This document shows positions 49,647 through 60,162 of a DNA stretch of 63,743 bases, one piece after another; the stretch's first letter is position 1, and every line of letters starts with the position of its first letter. The position numbers and the translations under genes were made by a program. Origin of the DNA: an uncultured Clostridia bacterium (GTDB lineage Bacteria > Bacillota > Clostridia > Christensenellales > UBA1242); assembly GCA_937992055.1 (NCBI GenBank), contig CALKLQ010000053.1:1-63743 (forward strand), in the 5' to 3' direction. The notes beneath the pieces are model-generated. The model had not been told where the DNA came from, ran no database searches, and was given only the letters and a program-made list of their open reading frames with translations.

Positions 49647-50678
49647 TTATTCAGCTTCAACAACATCTGTTTGCTTATTCTTCTGCTTTTTTTCTAGCTT
49701 TTCCTTCTTTTTTTCTTGTTTACTTTTTTTTGTTTGGATGTTTTTTGGCTTTGATTTAAATTTTTTAGAACTATTTTTTAAATATTTTATAAATTCATCT
49801 TCATCATCATTTTCAACAATTTTTACTACAGCATCCTCACTTCTTTTTTTAATAGGTGTAGAATCAAAAGGCAAAATCTCAACCTCATCTTTTAACCTAA
49901 CTTCCATTTGATTAAATGGAATTTCAATGTTTTCACGTTTAAATTCATTGAATACTTGTTCCATAAGTTCAAATTTTAAGTCCCAATAATTTTCTGTAGC
50001 ACACCAACAACCCGTTCTCAAAACAATCGAACTATCATCAAATCTCAAAAGTTGCACAACTGGATTTGGTTCAAGAAGTACCATATCATTATTTATCATC
50101 AAACTATACAAAAGATCTTTAGCTTTTGGAATGTCAGTCCCATAAGCAACCGGGAACTCAATCAAAAGTTTTCTAGTTTTGTGTTTGTTAAAATTAATGA
50201 TTTCACTTGCGACAACGGTTTGATTAGGTATTGAAACCTCTTTATTGTCGGTGGTTTGCAAAATGGTATGCATCATTTTAATTTCTTTAACGGTTCCTTC
50301 AACACTGCCAATAGACACATAGTCGCCCTCTTTAAAAGGCTTGGTGCTTATAATAACAACACCATTCGCAAGGTTACTTAAACTGCCCTGTAAAGCAAGA
50401 GATACTGCTAATCCTGCAGCAGAAACAATTGCAACAAATCCGGTCATAGGAATTCCAATATATTGGAAAATCACCATCAACAATAAAACCCATAACACTA
50501 CTTTCAAGCAGGTTCTTAAGAATTTGGAAGTTGCTCGTTCCATTTTAGTTTTTTCAAAGACTTTTCTTACAATTAAAAGAACTATTTTAATTAATAAAAA
50601 ACCAATTATAAAGATTGCAATAGCGATAAGAATTTTAACGCCATAGGTTTCAAAAAAATTAACAATTTTTTCCCACAT
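49647..50678 (-). CDS. mscS: MscS-family mechanosensitive channel
   Basis: Three TM helices followed by LANGVVIISTKPFKEGDYVSIGSVEGTVKEI. Lys-rich tail. Confidence 0.88.
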   Translation of the reverse strand: MWEKIVNFFETYGVKILIAIAIFIIGFLLIKIVLLIVRKVFEKTKMERATSKFLRTCLKVVLWVLLLMVIFQYIGIPMTGFVAIVSAAGLAVSLALQGSLSNLANGVVIISTKPFKEGDYVSIGSVEGTVKEIKMMHTILQTTDNKEVSIPNQTVVASEIINFNKHKTRKLLIEFPVAYGTDIPKAKDLLYSLMINNDMVLLEPNPVVQLLRFDDSSIVLRTGCWCATENYWDLKFELMEQVFNEFKRENIEIPFNQMEVRLKDEVEILPFDSTPIKKRSEDAVVKIVENDDEDEFIKYLKNSSKKFKSKPKNIQTKKSKQEKKKEKLEKKQKNKQTDVVEAE

Positions 50679-50959
50679 AATTTTGTCCTTTTATAACCAA
50701 TTAACGGTTTAATTTGTAATCAAAAATAAATATATCACAATTCTAAAAAAAAAACAATTTTTTAACATAAATTTTAATGTTTATTACAACAAGAAAATTA
50801 ATAAATAGAACCTTATTTTATTAGTCTTTGGTGTTTTTAAATAAAATCAATTAATTTTTAATTTAATGTCTTTATAAAATGCATTTAAAAGCATAAAAAA
50901 CAACTTTTTGCTATATAAAAAAGGAATAATTTAACATTATTCCTTTTAATAAAATCTAA

Positions 50960-53593
50960 TTAATTTCTAGGATATTTCAAGTTTGCTTGTGCTGCCGCAA
51001 GTCTAGCAATTGGAACTCTAAAAGGAGAACAAGAAACATAGGTCAATCCTGCCTTTTGGCAAAATTCTATAGAGGATGGATCTCCACCATGTTCACCACA
51101 TATTCCAAGTTTAATATCTTCTCTAGATTGCTTGCCTAACTTACATGCCATTTGAACTAGTTTGCCAACGCCGTTTTGGTCAAGTCTTGCAAATGGGTCA
51201 GATTCAAATATTTTCTTTTCATAGTAGTATGGCAGGAATTTTCCAGCGTCATCTCTTGAAAAGCCATAAGTCATTTGGGTAAGGTCATTTGTTCCAAAAG
51301 AGAAAAACTCAGCAGATTTTGCAATTTCATCAGCAAGAAGTGCCGCCCTAGGAATTTCAATCATGGTTCCCACTTTATAATGCATATTTGATCCTGCTTT
51401 TTTGATTATCTCATCAGCAGTTGAAGTAACAACTTGTTTAACATATTCAAATTCTTTAACTTCGCAAGTTAGTGGAATCATTATTTCAGGAACTATGTTC
51501 CATCCCATCTCCTTGTTAACCTCAAGTGCGGCTTCAATTACCGCTCTAGTTTGCATTACAGCAATTTCAGGGAAAGTTACTGCAAGTCTCAATCCTCTAT
51601 GTCCCATCATTGGGTTAAATTCATGTAGAGAATCAACTGTGGTTTTAAGCTTATCAAAACTAATATTCATCTCTTTTGCTAAAGTCGCAATCTCTTCATC
51701 TTGGTGAGGTAAAAATTCATGAAGAGGTGGATCCAAGAAACGAATTGTAACAGGGTTTCCATTCATAGCTTTATAAATGCCTATAAAGTCATTTTTTTGC
51801 ATTGGAAGAATTTTAGCAAGCGCTTTTTCCCTTTCCTCAACAGTTGAGGAAACAATCATCTCACGCACTGCCATAATTCTATCTGCTTCAAAGAACATAT
51901 GTTCTGTTCTGCAAAGACCAATGCCTTGCGCGCCAAAGTTATATGCCGTCTTTGCATCTTGAGGATTATCTGCATTAGTTCTAACCTGCATAACTCTGTA
52001 CTTATCTGCCCATGACATAATTGTTGCAAAGTCACCTGTTAAGCTTGCCGGCACGGTTTTTACTTGTTCTCCATAAACGTTACCGGTTGAACCGTCAATT
52101 GAAATGTAATCTCCTTCATCAAATCTTTTGCCATCTATTTCACAATAGTGCTTTTCTTCAACAACTTTTAAGTTAGCACAACCAGCAACACAGGCGGTTC
52201 CCATACCTCTTGCAACTACGGCAGCATGAGAGGTCATTCCACCTCTTGCGGTCAAAACACCTTCAGAAACGGCCATACCCTCAATATCTTCTGGAGAGGT
52301 TTCCAAACGAACTAGGACGGTTTTTTCCTTGTTTTCAGCAAATTGTTTTGCCTTTTCAGCGGTAAATGCAATTTTACCACAACCAGCACCAGGAGAAGCT
52401 GGAAGTCCGTTTGCAATCACTTTAGCTTCTTTTAAGGCTTGAGAATCAAATTGAGGGTGCAAAAGAGCATCTAATTGTTTTGGGTCGATCATAAGAACGG
52501 CTTGTTTTTCATCAATTTTGCCTTCATTTACAAGATCAACGGCAATTTTTAGTGCTGCAAGAGCGGTTCTTTTTCCGTTTCTTGTTTGAAGCATATACAG
52601 CTTGCCATTTTCTATTGTAAATTCCATGTCTTGCATGTCGTGATAATGCTCTTCCAATGTGTTTGCAATTTTAACAAATTGTGCGTAAATCTCAGGATTT
52701 TGTTCTTTCAGTGTTGAAATATGCTTTGGCGTTCTAATTCCCGCAACAACATCTTCACCTTGAGCATTCATCAAATACTCACCATAAAGTGCCTTTTCAC
52801 CAGTTGAAGGATTTCTAGTAAACGCAACCCCAGTTCCACTTGTTTCACCCATATTTCCAAAAACCATGCTTTGAATGTTAACCGCGGTTCCCCAACTGGA
52901 AGGAATATCATTCATTCTTCTATAGACAATTGCTCTTGGGTTATCCCATGAACGGAAAACCGCCTTAACCGCCTCAATTAGCTGTAGTTTTGCATCTTGA
53001 GGAAAATCTGTGTTTAATTGTTCTTTATAAAAAGCCTTAAACCTTACAATAAGTTCTTTCAAATCTTGGGCATCAAGTTCATTGTCTAGTTTAACACCTT
53101 TTCTTTCTTTTATTTCATCAATTATCTTTTCATATTTAGATTTTTCAAGCCCCATAACTACATCAGAAAACATTTGAATAAATCTTCTATAGCTATCATA
53201 GGCAAATCTTGGATTTGAAGTCAAATTAGCAAGGCCCTCAACAACCTCGTCATTGAGTCCCAAATTCAAAATTGTGTCCATCATTCCAGGCATAGATGCT
53301 CTTGCACCGGAACGAACTGAAACTAAAAGCGGATTTGTTTTGTCGCCAAATTTTTTCCCAGTGATTTCTTCCAATGTGGCAAGATTATCCATTATTTCTG
53401 TAATAATAGAGTCGCTAATCATTTTGCCATCTTCATAATATTTGTTACAAGCCTCGGTTGTAACTGTAAAGCCTTGAGGAACCGGAAGACCAATTCTTGT
53501 CATTTCTGCAAGATTAGCACCCTTACCACCAAGGAGTTCTCTCATTGAAGCTGATCCTTCACTAAAGAGATAAACATATTTATTTGTTGCCAT
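50960..53593 (-). CDS. ppdK: pyruvate, phosphate dikinase
   Basis: GGKGANLAEM, GGMTSHAAVVARGMG (phospho-His loop) and FSFGTNDLTQ. Start at ATG 53593 after AAAGGAG. Confidence 0.97.
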   Translation of the reverse strand: MATNKYVYLFSEGSASMRELLGGKGANLAEMTRIGLPVPQGFTVTTEACNKYYEDGKMISDSIITEIMDNLATLEEITGKKFGDKTNPLLVSVRSGARASMPGMMDTILNLGLNDEVVEGLANLTSNPRFAYDSYRRFIQMFSDVVMGLEKSKYEKIIDEIKERKGVKLDNELDAQDLKELIVRFKAFYKEQLNTDFPQDAKLQLIEAVKAVFRSWDNPRAIVYRRMNDIPSSWGTAVNIQSMVFGNMGETSGTGVAFTRNPSTGEKALYGEYLMNAQGEDVVAGIRTPKHISTLKEQNPEIYAQFVKIANTLEEHYHDMQDMEFTIENGKLYMLQTRNGKRTALAALKIAVDLVNEGKIDEKQAVLMIDPKQLDALLHPQFDSQALKEAKVIANGLPASPGAGCGKIAFTAEKAKQFAENKEKTVLVRLETSPEDIEGMAVSEGVLTARGGMTSHAAVVARGMGTACVAGCANLKVVEEKHYCEIDGKRFDEGDYISIDGSTGNVYGEQVKTVPASLTGDFATIMSWADKYRVMQVRTNADNPQDAKTAYNFGAQGIGLCRTEHMFFEADRIMAVREMIVSSTVEEREKALAKILPMQKNDFIGIYKAMNGNPVTIRFLDPPLHEFLPHQDEEIATLAKEMNISFDKLKTTVDSLHEFNPMMGHRGLRLAVTFPEIAVMQTRAVIEAALEVNKEMGWNIVPEIMIPLTCEVKEFEYVKQVVTSTADEIIKKAGSNMHYKVGTMIEIPRAALLADEIAKSAEFFSFGTNDLTQMTYGFSRDDAGKFLPYYYEKKIFESDPFARLDQNGVGKLVQMACKLGKQSREDIKLGICGEHGGDPSSIEFCQKAGLTYVSCSPFRVPIARLAAAQANLKYPRN

Positions 53594-53759
53594 AATTTCT
53601 CCTTTACCGTCAATCATTCTACAAAAAAAACACCACTTTTGGCAAGCAAAAGAGGGCTTTTAAAAAAATATACTTAATATTAAAAAAACTTAACTAATTA
53701 TTAAACTTTTAAGAAATGTTGCCAGCTCAAATTTCAATGTTAGCAAGGTTTAAAAAAAA

Positions 53760-54455
53760 CTAATTTAAAAACCTTCTTTCAAAATTTCTATTAAGCAATT
53801 GCAACATGTCATGAACAACGCCTTTACTCAAACTCAATGTATTTAATCTGTCATATTCTGTTTCTGAAACAAATTTAAAAGCCTTGTTCATAGCATAGGA
53901 AATTTTTACACAATCGTCATCGTGACAAAATGAGCACAACACCTCACCGGTATTCAAACAAAGATAGCGCTCACCCATTAACTCCAAATTACAATTACTG
54001 CAACGTTCGGTGTGAAAGTTATAACCTTGATTAAAAAATAAAGCTAGCAAAAATTTGCAAATAGGCAAATTATTTTGGACGTTTGAATAAGCCAAAACTT
54101 TAAGAACTTTCAAAGTTTCAACAAAAAGTGCTGGATTTGGTTCGTTTTCCAAAACTATAATTTTTAGCATTTTTAAAATTTGAACGCCTTCATTAAATTT
54201 GTCGTAATCGGTTGTAATTTCATAAAACGAATCAATACATTCAACAGATGTAACAGTAAAATATCCATTTTTTTCAGCCAATAAAAATTCAGCAAAACAA
54301 AATATTTCTTTGGCAAACTTTTGTTTAGACTTTCCTTCCTTGACACTTCTCATCTTTGCCTTCAAAAGACCTTTTTCTAAAGAAAAAAGGGTGATTAAAG
54401 CATCTTTATCACCACTATCCTGCCTGTTAATTACAATTGCTTTTGTCTTTAGCAT
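53760..54455 (-). CDS. recO: DNA repair protein RecO
   Basis: OB-fold N-terminus (AIVINRQDSGDKDALITLFS) and zinc module CSNC...CSFC. Confidence 0.85.
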   Translation of the reverse strand: MLKTKAIVINRQDSGDKDALITLFSLEKGLLKAKMRSVKEGKSKQKFAKEIFCFAEFLLAEKNGYFTVTSVECIDSFYEITTDYDKFNEGVQILKMLKIIVLENEPNPALFVETLKVLKVLAYSNVQNNLPICKFLLALFFNQGYNFHTERCSNCNLELMGERYLCLNTGEVLCSFCHDDDCVKISYAMNKAFKFVSETEYDRLNTLSLSKGVVHDMLQLLNRNFERRFLN

Positions 54456-54461
54456 TTATTT

Positions 54462-54653
54462 TTAAAATTCACGTCCTTCATCTTTAAATATCTTATGATT
54501 CCCAGCTGAATAATCTTCCACATGCTCAAGTTCAGGATAATCTAAATTAATCATCAAGCTAAAATAGCCCAAAGGAGCTTTCAAATTGTGCTTAGAATAG
54601 TACTTTAAATTTTTCCAAATAAGTTCTTGCATTTCACACTTAAACCCGTCCAT
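54462..54653 (-). CDS. small hypothetical protein
   Basis: ATG 54653 is preceded by AAAGGAGG. 63 aa. Sits upstream of recO. Confidence 0.45.
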   Translation of the reverse strand: MDGFKCEMQELIWKNLKYYSKHNLKAPLGYFSLMINLDYPELEHVEDYSAGNHKIFKDEGREF

Positions 54654-54753
54654 AAAAGCCTCCTTTTGCCAATTAAGATTTGTTTGTATGTAGTTAGTAT
54701 ATAGTATTATATGCAAATTATCAAGAAAAATTTATGTTACTAATATTATTTTT

Positions 54754-55206
54754 TTATTCAATGTTAGTTTTAATTTTTTTAAGCATTTCAATTGCATCTT
54801 TATGGTTTGGGTAATAATTTTTTCTTATTTTTAAAATTTCAAAGCCAAATTTTTCATAAAGCTTGATTGCTGGCATGTTATCAATTTCCACCTCTAAAAA
54901 AATTTGAGCCAAGTTTTTTTGTTTTGCAATATCAACAGACTTTTTTATAAGCGCAGTGGCAATTCCCATTCTCTTAAACTCTTTTTTAGTAGCAATATTT
55001 AAAATTGTCATCTCTTCATCGTTAAAACTTAAATTTATAAAGCCTGCAACAATTTTGTTAATTAAAATAACAAAAGAAATTTTAAATTTGTTGTCCTCAA
55101 TCTCTTTAATAAAAAGATTTTTACTCCAAGAATTTTCTTTAAATTCTTCAACTGAAATCAAATAAACTTCATCAATATGTTTTTTAGCCATCTTTTCTAT
55201 TTGCAT
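54754..55206 (-). CDS. rimI: ribosomal-protein-alanine N-acetyltransferase
   Basis: GNAT fold (RMGIATALI, YEKFGF) in the conserved tsaE-tsaB-rimI context. Confidence 0.85.
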   Translation of the reverse strand: MQIEKMAKKHIDEVYLISVEEFKENSWSKNLFIKEIEDNKFKISFVILINKIVAGFINLSFNDEEMTILNIATKKEFKRMGIATALIKKSVDIAKQKNLAQIFLEVEIDNMPAIKLYEKFGFEILKIRKNYYPNHKDAIEMLKKIKTNIE

Positions 55207-55792
55207 TCAAATTCTCCTCAGCTTGAGAATTTCTTAAATATAATGGAGCAAGGTCCGCACTAACTTGTCCTTTTTCAATTTTTTCAAGAACAAGTTCTAA
55301 CATTTTTAATCCATCAAGCTCAACATAGTCATCAGCGACAATTAATCCCTCTTCCATTAAACCAACAATTTTTTTATTTAAATTTGAGATATCAAAACAT
55401 AAAAATGGTTCTTCACCACTATAAGACACATAATATTTTCCACTTAAGGCGTTCATTACAAAAGCCAAATTTTCATCACTATGATAACATTTTTCCATAA
55501 GTTCCAAAGTGGTAAAACCAACAGCTTTTAAATTTTTATTTGCAGTTAAAAAACCCTTCAAAATTGCTAAAGAAAGTCTTATACCAGTAAAAGAGCCAGG
55601 TCCTATAGAAACTCCAACATAATCTAGGTCTAAAACACTAAGTTTTTGGCTTTCAAGTAACTTTTCTATTTCAACAAGCAAACTTTCACTATGCTTAGAT
55701 TGAGTTTCCAATCTTTTAATTAAAGTTTGTTCTCCATTTAATAAAGCCAAATCAGCAACTTGAGTTGTTGTGTTAAAAACTAAAACCTTCAT
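55184..55792 (-). CDS. tsaB: tRNA t6A37 biosynthesis protein TsaB
   Basis: GPGSFTGIRL motif in the YeaZ family, between tsaE and rimI. Confidence 0.88.
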   Translation of the reverse strand: MKVLVFNTTTQVADLALLNGEQTLIKRLETQSKHSESLLVEIEKLLESQKLSVLDLDYVGVSIGPGSFTGIRLSLAILKGFLTANKNLKAVGFTTLELMEKCYHSDENLAFVMNALSGKYYVSYSGEEPFLCFDISNLNKKIVGLMEEGLIVADDYVELDGLKMLELVLEKIEKGQVSADLAPLYLRNSQAEENLNANRKDG

Positions 55793-56223
55793 TTAACTTC
55801 CTCCACAATTATTTTACGTTCATTTTCTCCAAGTTTCATAAAAGAAATTTTCAAATATTCTTTAGGCAAAATCTCAATAGCATTTTCTGCCCATTCCACA
55901 AGTGTAATTCCGTCCAAGGAATCTTTAGAAAAATATCTTTCAAATCCCGCTTCAAATGCCTCTTCAGAATTTTCTAAACGATACATATCAAAGTGATAAA
56001 TTTTGACATCTTTACCTTCATACTCATTCAAAAGCGTAAAAGTTGGACTTGTCACATTCTCAGCAATTCCCAATGCATTGATAAAAAACCTTGCAAAGGT
56101 TGTTTTTCCCGCACCTAAATCTCCACAAAGCGAAATGACTTGTGGAGATTTTATTGTTCTAGCAAGTGTTTGAGCAACTGAATTTGTTTGGTCAACGCTT
56201 TTACAAATAATTTCTACCTTCAT
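55789..56223 (-). CDS. tsaE: tRNA t6A37 biosynthesis ATPase TsaE
   Basis: GDLGAGKTTF P-loop, SPTFTL and HFDMYRL. Confidence 0.9.
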   Translation of the reverse strand: MKVEIICKSVDQTNSVAQTLARTIKSPQVISLCGDLGAGKTTFARFFINALGIAENVTSPTFTLLNEYEGKDVKIYHFDMYRLENSEEAFEAGFERYFSKDSLDGITLVEWAENAIEILPKEYLKISFMKLGENERKIIVEEVK

Positions 56224-57431
56224 TATTCCACCTCCAAACAAAAAAGCAATCTTTCTCCAAGTTCAAAAACTTCGGTTTCATTTTCAAAAAACACTTCAAA
56301 AATAGGTTCATTAAACTCCACCATATCACCAAGTCGTTTCAAAATTTTAAAACCAAGATAACCACTAACTTTTTTCATTTCATGATCCAAATTTCCTAAG
56401 CGTTCACAATCTATTTTAGTTAAAGTTCCCTCGTTTTTAGAAAAAACAACATCATGCCAGGGCTTTATGTCTAAAGAAAAAAGAGTAACACTTCCACCCT
56501 GCATTGAAACAATTTGTTTCAGTTTTTCCAAAACCTTTCCCTCTTTAACAAGATTAAAACATTGTTTTTTAAATTGTCGATCACCACGCCTTTTGGCTAT
56601 TTTAGACACAATGTCAATGCTATGTTTTAAAAGTGGAGACTTTTCTGCATTCTTTAAGGTTTGGATAACTTCATATACTTCCATAAAATCGCCAACACAC
56701 TTTCCTAAAGGTTGATTCATTTCACCATAGACAATAGCAACATTTTTGCCATAACATTCACCAAGAAATTTCATAAGCCTACCAAGCTTTCTTGCTTCCT
56801 GCTTTGTTTTCAAAAGTGCACCATTGCCAAATTTAACATCTAAAACAATATTTTGAGCACCGCATGCAATTTTTTTAGACATAATAGAGGTGGCAATAAG
56901 TGGAATATTCATAACCGCATCTATTTCATTCCTAAGAGAATAAATTTTTTTATCTGCAAGAGCAAGTTCATCGCTTTGAGTAATAAAGCATCCACCACAA
57001 TTTTTAGTTATTTCAATTGCTTGAGAAAGACTCAAATCATTTTTTAAACCTTTAAAAATTTTTATTTTATCAGCCGTGCCACCAGTATGAGCTAAAGCCC
57101 CACCGCTCATTTTTAAACAACTATAACCAAGCAGAGCAAACAAGGGAACCACTATCAAGGTGGTTGAATCACTTATCCCACCGGTCGAATGTTTATCAAC
57201 TGTATTTTCAAGACAGGCAAGGTCTAAATTCTTACTTTGAGCAATCATAGCATCACATAAATAATAAGTTTCTTTTTTACAAAGTGAATTTTTGTAAATA
57301 GCAACTAAAAAGCGTCCCATATCTTGTTTTGTTATATTCCCACTCACAAAACCATCTATCATAAATTTAATTTGTTCGTAACTAAGTTTTTTACCCTGTT
57401 CTTTTAAAGAAATAATATGATTAAAATCCAT
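56223..57431 (-). CDS. pdp: pyrimidine-nucleoside (thymidine) phosphorylase
   Basis: VDKHSTGGISDSTTL and SGGALAHTGGTADK motifs. Confidence 0.9.
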   Translation of the reverse strand: MDFNHIISLKEQGKKLSYEQIKFMIDGFVSGNITKQDMGRFLVAIYKNSLCKKETYYLCDAMIAQSKNLDLACLENTVDKHSTGGISDSTTLIVVPLFALLGYSCLKMSGGALAHTGGTADKIKIFKGLKNDLSLSQAIEITKNCGGCFITQSDELALADKKIYSLRNEIDAVMNIPLIATSIMSKKIACGAQNIVLDVKFGNGALLKTKQEARKLGRLMKFLGECYGKNVAIVYGEMNQPLGKCVGDFMEVYEVIQTLKNAEKSPLLKHSIDIVSKIAKRRGDRQFKKQCFNLVKEGKVLEKLKQIVSMQGGSVTLFSLDIKPWHDVVFSKNEGTLTKIDCERLGNLDHEMKKVSGYLGFKILKRLGDMVEFNEPIFEVFFENETEVFELGERLLFCLEVE

Positions 57432-57893
57432 ATTAAAAATGATATCACAGTAAAAAAATTAAGTCAAAGAATAACATAAATAATCTTCAATTTTGCCCTT
57501 AAGTATAGTGTTCTTAAAAAGAACTTAAATAAAATTAATTAATTCAAGTAAATGAAATATTTAATAATTTTTACTTTTACAAAATATTTTTATATTTAAT
57601 AAATAATGAAAAATATTAAATTAAAATAATAATATTATTAAAAGTATAAATTTAAAAAAATATTATAAATAAATTTACCTGAAATTTTATTTGAAAGCGC
57701 CTTTAGAAATTCAAGCAAAATGATATTTTTTTAAACTTTGATGCCTTGCCTAGAAATTTATTGTTTAAACTAACTTGATTTACGAGTAAAACGAGCAAAG
57801 ATCATAACATGGTTTTTATTAAACCATATTTAATTTTTTAGCATAAAATGAAATGACCGCATGCGGTTAAACTAAAGAAAAAGGAGAAAAAAA

Positions 57894-58190
57894 ATGTGTA
57901 CTTACGAATTTTACAATCCATTTCAAAGAAATTGTAATTGTGGGCAAAACCATCAACCTTGCAGCCCGCCTTGCCAAAACCCATGTTGCGGACAATGGCA
58001 ACAATGCAACCCATGTCAAAAACCACCCTGTCAACCTTGTTTTGAACCTTTCCCACCACAACCACCAATTTGCCCACCAAATTTAATTCCAACACCGCCA
58101 CAGCCACCATTTCATCCTATAAATAACAGATGTTGCAATGAACTAATTTGGCTTTTAATTGGAATAAAATTAGCTAAAAATTGTATGTAA
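57894..58190 (+). CDS. small Cys/Pro/Gln-rich protein with a hydrophobic C-terminus (98 aa)
   Basis: AAAGGAGA RBS and a terminator directly downstream. 15 Cys, many as PC/QC dipeptides. Ends in RCCNELIWLLIGIKLAKNCM. Confidence 0.6.
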   Translation: MCTYEFYNPFQRNCNCGQNHQPCSPPCQNPCCGQWQQCNPCQKPPCQPCFEPFPPQPPICPPNLIPTPPQPPFHPINNRCCNELIWLLIGIKLAKNCM

Positions 58191-58196
58191 AATATA

Positions 58197-58224
58197 AAAG
58201 CAGTAATTAAATTTACTGCTTTTT
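58197..58224. terminator. bidirectional intrinsic terminator
   Basis: Stem AAGCAGTAA/TTACTGCTT flanked by A and T runs, between convergent genes. Confidence 0.75.
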
Positions 58225-58244
58225 ACGTATTTAAAATTTTTAAC

Positions 58245-59366
58245 TCAATCTACCTGTTTAGGCTCCGCAAAATTTAAATTTTGCAAATTTGGCAAAACAA
58301 AAAGTCCATCATGCCTAATTAAAACATCATCAAAATAAATATCTCCGCCGCCATACTCTTTAGTTTGGCAACAAACCATATCCCAATGTATGCTAGATTG
58401 ATTGTTGTTATCAGCATCTTCATAACATCTTCCAGGGGTCAAATGAAAGGAACCAAACATTTTTTCATCAAATAGAATGTCTAACATTGGCTTTTTAATG
58501 TAAGGATTAACTCCAAGAGAAAATTCGCCAAAATATCTTGCACCTTCATCGGTGTCTAAAATAAAATTTAATCCAGCAGTGTTAGAGCTTTCTGCCTCTA
58601 TTATCTTTCCATCTTTTACCTTTAATTTTATGTTGTCAAATTTTTTGCCATCATAAATACTTGGAATTGTGTAAGAAACGACTCCATTAACGCTATCTTT
58701 AATTGGTGCGGTATAAACCTCTCCGTCGGGGATATTGCACTTCCCCGCACATTTTATTGCAGGCATTCCTTTAATTGAAAATGTCAAATCTGTTCCATTG
58801 CCAACAATATGCACTTTATCCGTCTTTTCCATGAGTTCTTTTAACTGATTCATAGACTTATCCATTTGCTCATAGTCAAGATTGCAAACAAGATAGAAAT
58901 ACTCTTTAAATGCAAGCGTGCTTAAATTTGCTTCTTGGGCAAGAGCGCTTGTTGGATAATTTAAAATAACCCATTTTGTATTATTAACCCTTTCTTCAAC
59001 CACATCATCTTGATAACAGGTAGTGAAAGTTTTAATATTCTCTTGATTTACATCACATAGCTCATATTTATTATTTATGCCTCTAATAGAAATATAGGCA
59101 TCCATATCTTTCATAATTGGCATCATATATTTTTTAAGAGTAAGAGCGTAGCTCTGATTCATGTTTTGCAACATCTGTCTTTTTAATTCGGCAGACTTTC
59201 TAATTACAAAAGGATAAGCTCCAACCTTATATATTTCATTCAACAAAATTTCTAAAAAATTATCTGGGACATCGGTAACTTCCACCATTACCTTTTCTCC
59301 ACTTTTTAACGAACATGAATAATTTACTAAAATATTAGCAAGTTTTCTTTCTTGTTCCATTGCCAC
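58245..59366 (-). CDS. M29-family aminopeptidase (AmpS/PepS-like)
   Basis: LA..LVNYS...K.GEKV.V N-terminus and conserved GEFS.G.NP and HWD blocks. Confidence 0.85.
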   Translation of the reverse strand: MAMEQERKLANILVNYSCSLKSGEKVMVEVTDVPDNFLEILLNEIYKVGAYPFVIRKSAELKRQMLQNMNQSYALTLKKYMMPIMKDMDAYISIRGINNKYELCDVNQENIKTFTTCYQDDVVEERVNNTKWVILNYPTSALAQEANLSTLAFKEYFYLVCNLDYEQMDKSMNQLKELMEKTDKVHIVGNGTDLTFSIKGMPAIKCAGKCNIPDGEVYTAPIKDSVNGVVSYTIPSIYDGKKFDNIKLKVKDGKIIEAESSNTAGLNFILDTDEGARYFGEFSLGVNPYIKKPMLDILFDEKMFGSFHLTPGRCYEDADNNNQSSIHWDMVCCQTKEYGGGDIYFDDVLIRHDGLFVLPNLQNLNFAEPKQVD

Positions 59367-59369
59367 CTC

Positions 59370-60152
59370 CTAAAAAACATCTCCAACTCTTTTTAGTATA
59401 TCCAATTTTAAAGATAAATATAGTATATAAAAAATATCTAAAATTATAATAGTTATAAAAATTAAACAAACAACAAATCCAATTTTATTAAATGCAAGAA
59501 GCAAACTCATACCAACAATCAAAGCAATTAAAAGGATTGAAAAGATAGACACTTTTAAGATTTCTTTTTTCAAACGCTTTCTTTGCGGTTGTGGTTTAGG
59601 AAGTTGTTCAATGCTTGCATAAGATATGTCAAATCCAACAAATCTATTTACCTTTGTAAAAAGTACTGCATTTGTCTGTTTCATTACAGAAAAAGCAATA
59701 TCACCAAAATAAATAAGGCCTATATCACCTTCATACATTTTAAAATTGAAAATAGATGATATCAACTTATTTAGAATTTTTCTATTAAACTCAGCTATTT
59801 TGCCAACCTTTTTTTCATGCTTAAACATTACAACTTGCGCACCTTTATCCGCCATTTCAAGCAAAAAATCTGACATGACCGTAGAATACTTAAAATAATC
59901 TCTGCAAAGCATCAAAGAGTTTCCATTACAATGTTTTATTGCTTGAGAAATCATTTCATTTTCATCGTTGTGGGAAAATTGAAGAACTTTTATATTTTCA
60001 TCTTGAAGTTCTAAAATTTCATTCAAATCAGGATTTTTGTCATAAACGGCAAAAATAATTTGAAAATCATTATGTTTTTGTTGCAATAATTCAACAACTT
60101 TTTTCCAAATAAGTCTTTTTTCTATTACGCTAAAAATGTAACTTACCATCAA
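59370..60152 (-). CDS. membrane-anchored GT-A-like (glycosyltransferase family 2-like) protein, tentative
   Basis: The N-terminus resembles a degenerate GT2 Rossmann start. C-terminal TM helices. Confidence 0.3.
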   Translation of the reverse strand: MMVSYIFSVIEKRLIWKKVVELLQQKHNDFQIIFAVYDKNPDLNEILELQDENIKVLQFSHNDENEMISQAIKHCNGNSLMLCRDYFKYSTVMSDFLLEMADKGAQVVMFKHEKKVGKIAEFNRKILNKLISSIFNFKMYEGDIGLIYFGDIAFSVMKQTNAVLFTKVNRFVGFDISYASIEQLPKPQPQRKRLKKEILKVSIFSILLIALIVGMSLLLAFNKIGFVVCLIFITIIILDIFYILYLSLKLDILKRVGDVF

Positions 60153-60162
60153 ATACTACCTC

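Noticed and set aside
57838-58110. Two minus-strand ORFs (57838-58110 and 57867-58061) overlap the Cys/Pro-rich gene. Likewise 12774-12968 (minus strand) overlaps the Gly/Cys-rich gene.
   Set aside because: The plus-strand ORFs have canonical SD spacing and are followed directly by terminators. The minus-strand ORFs have neither.
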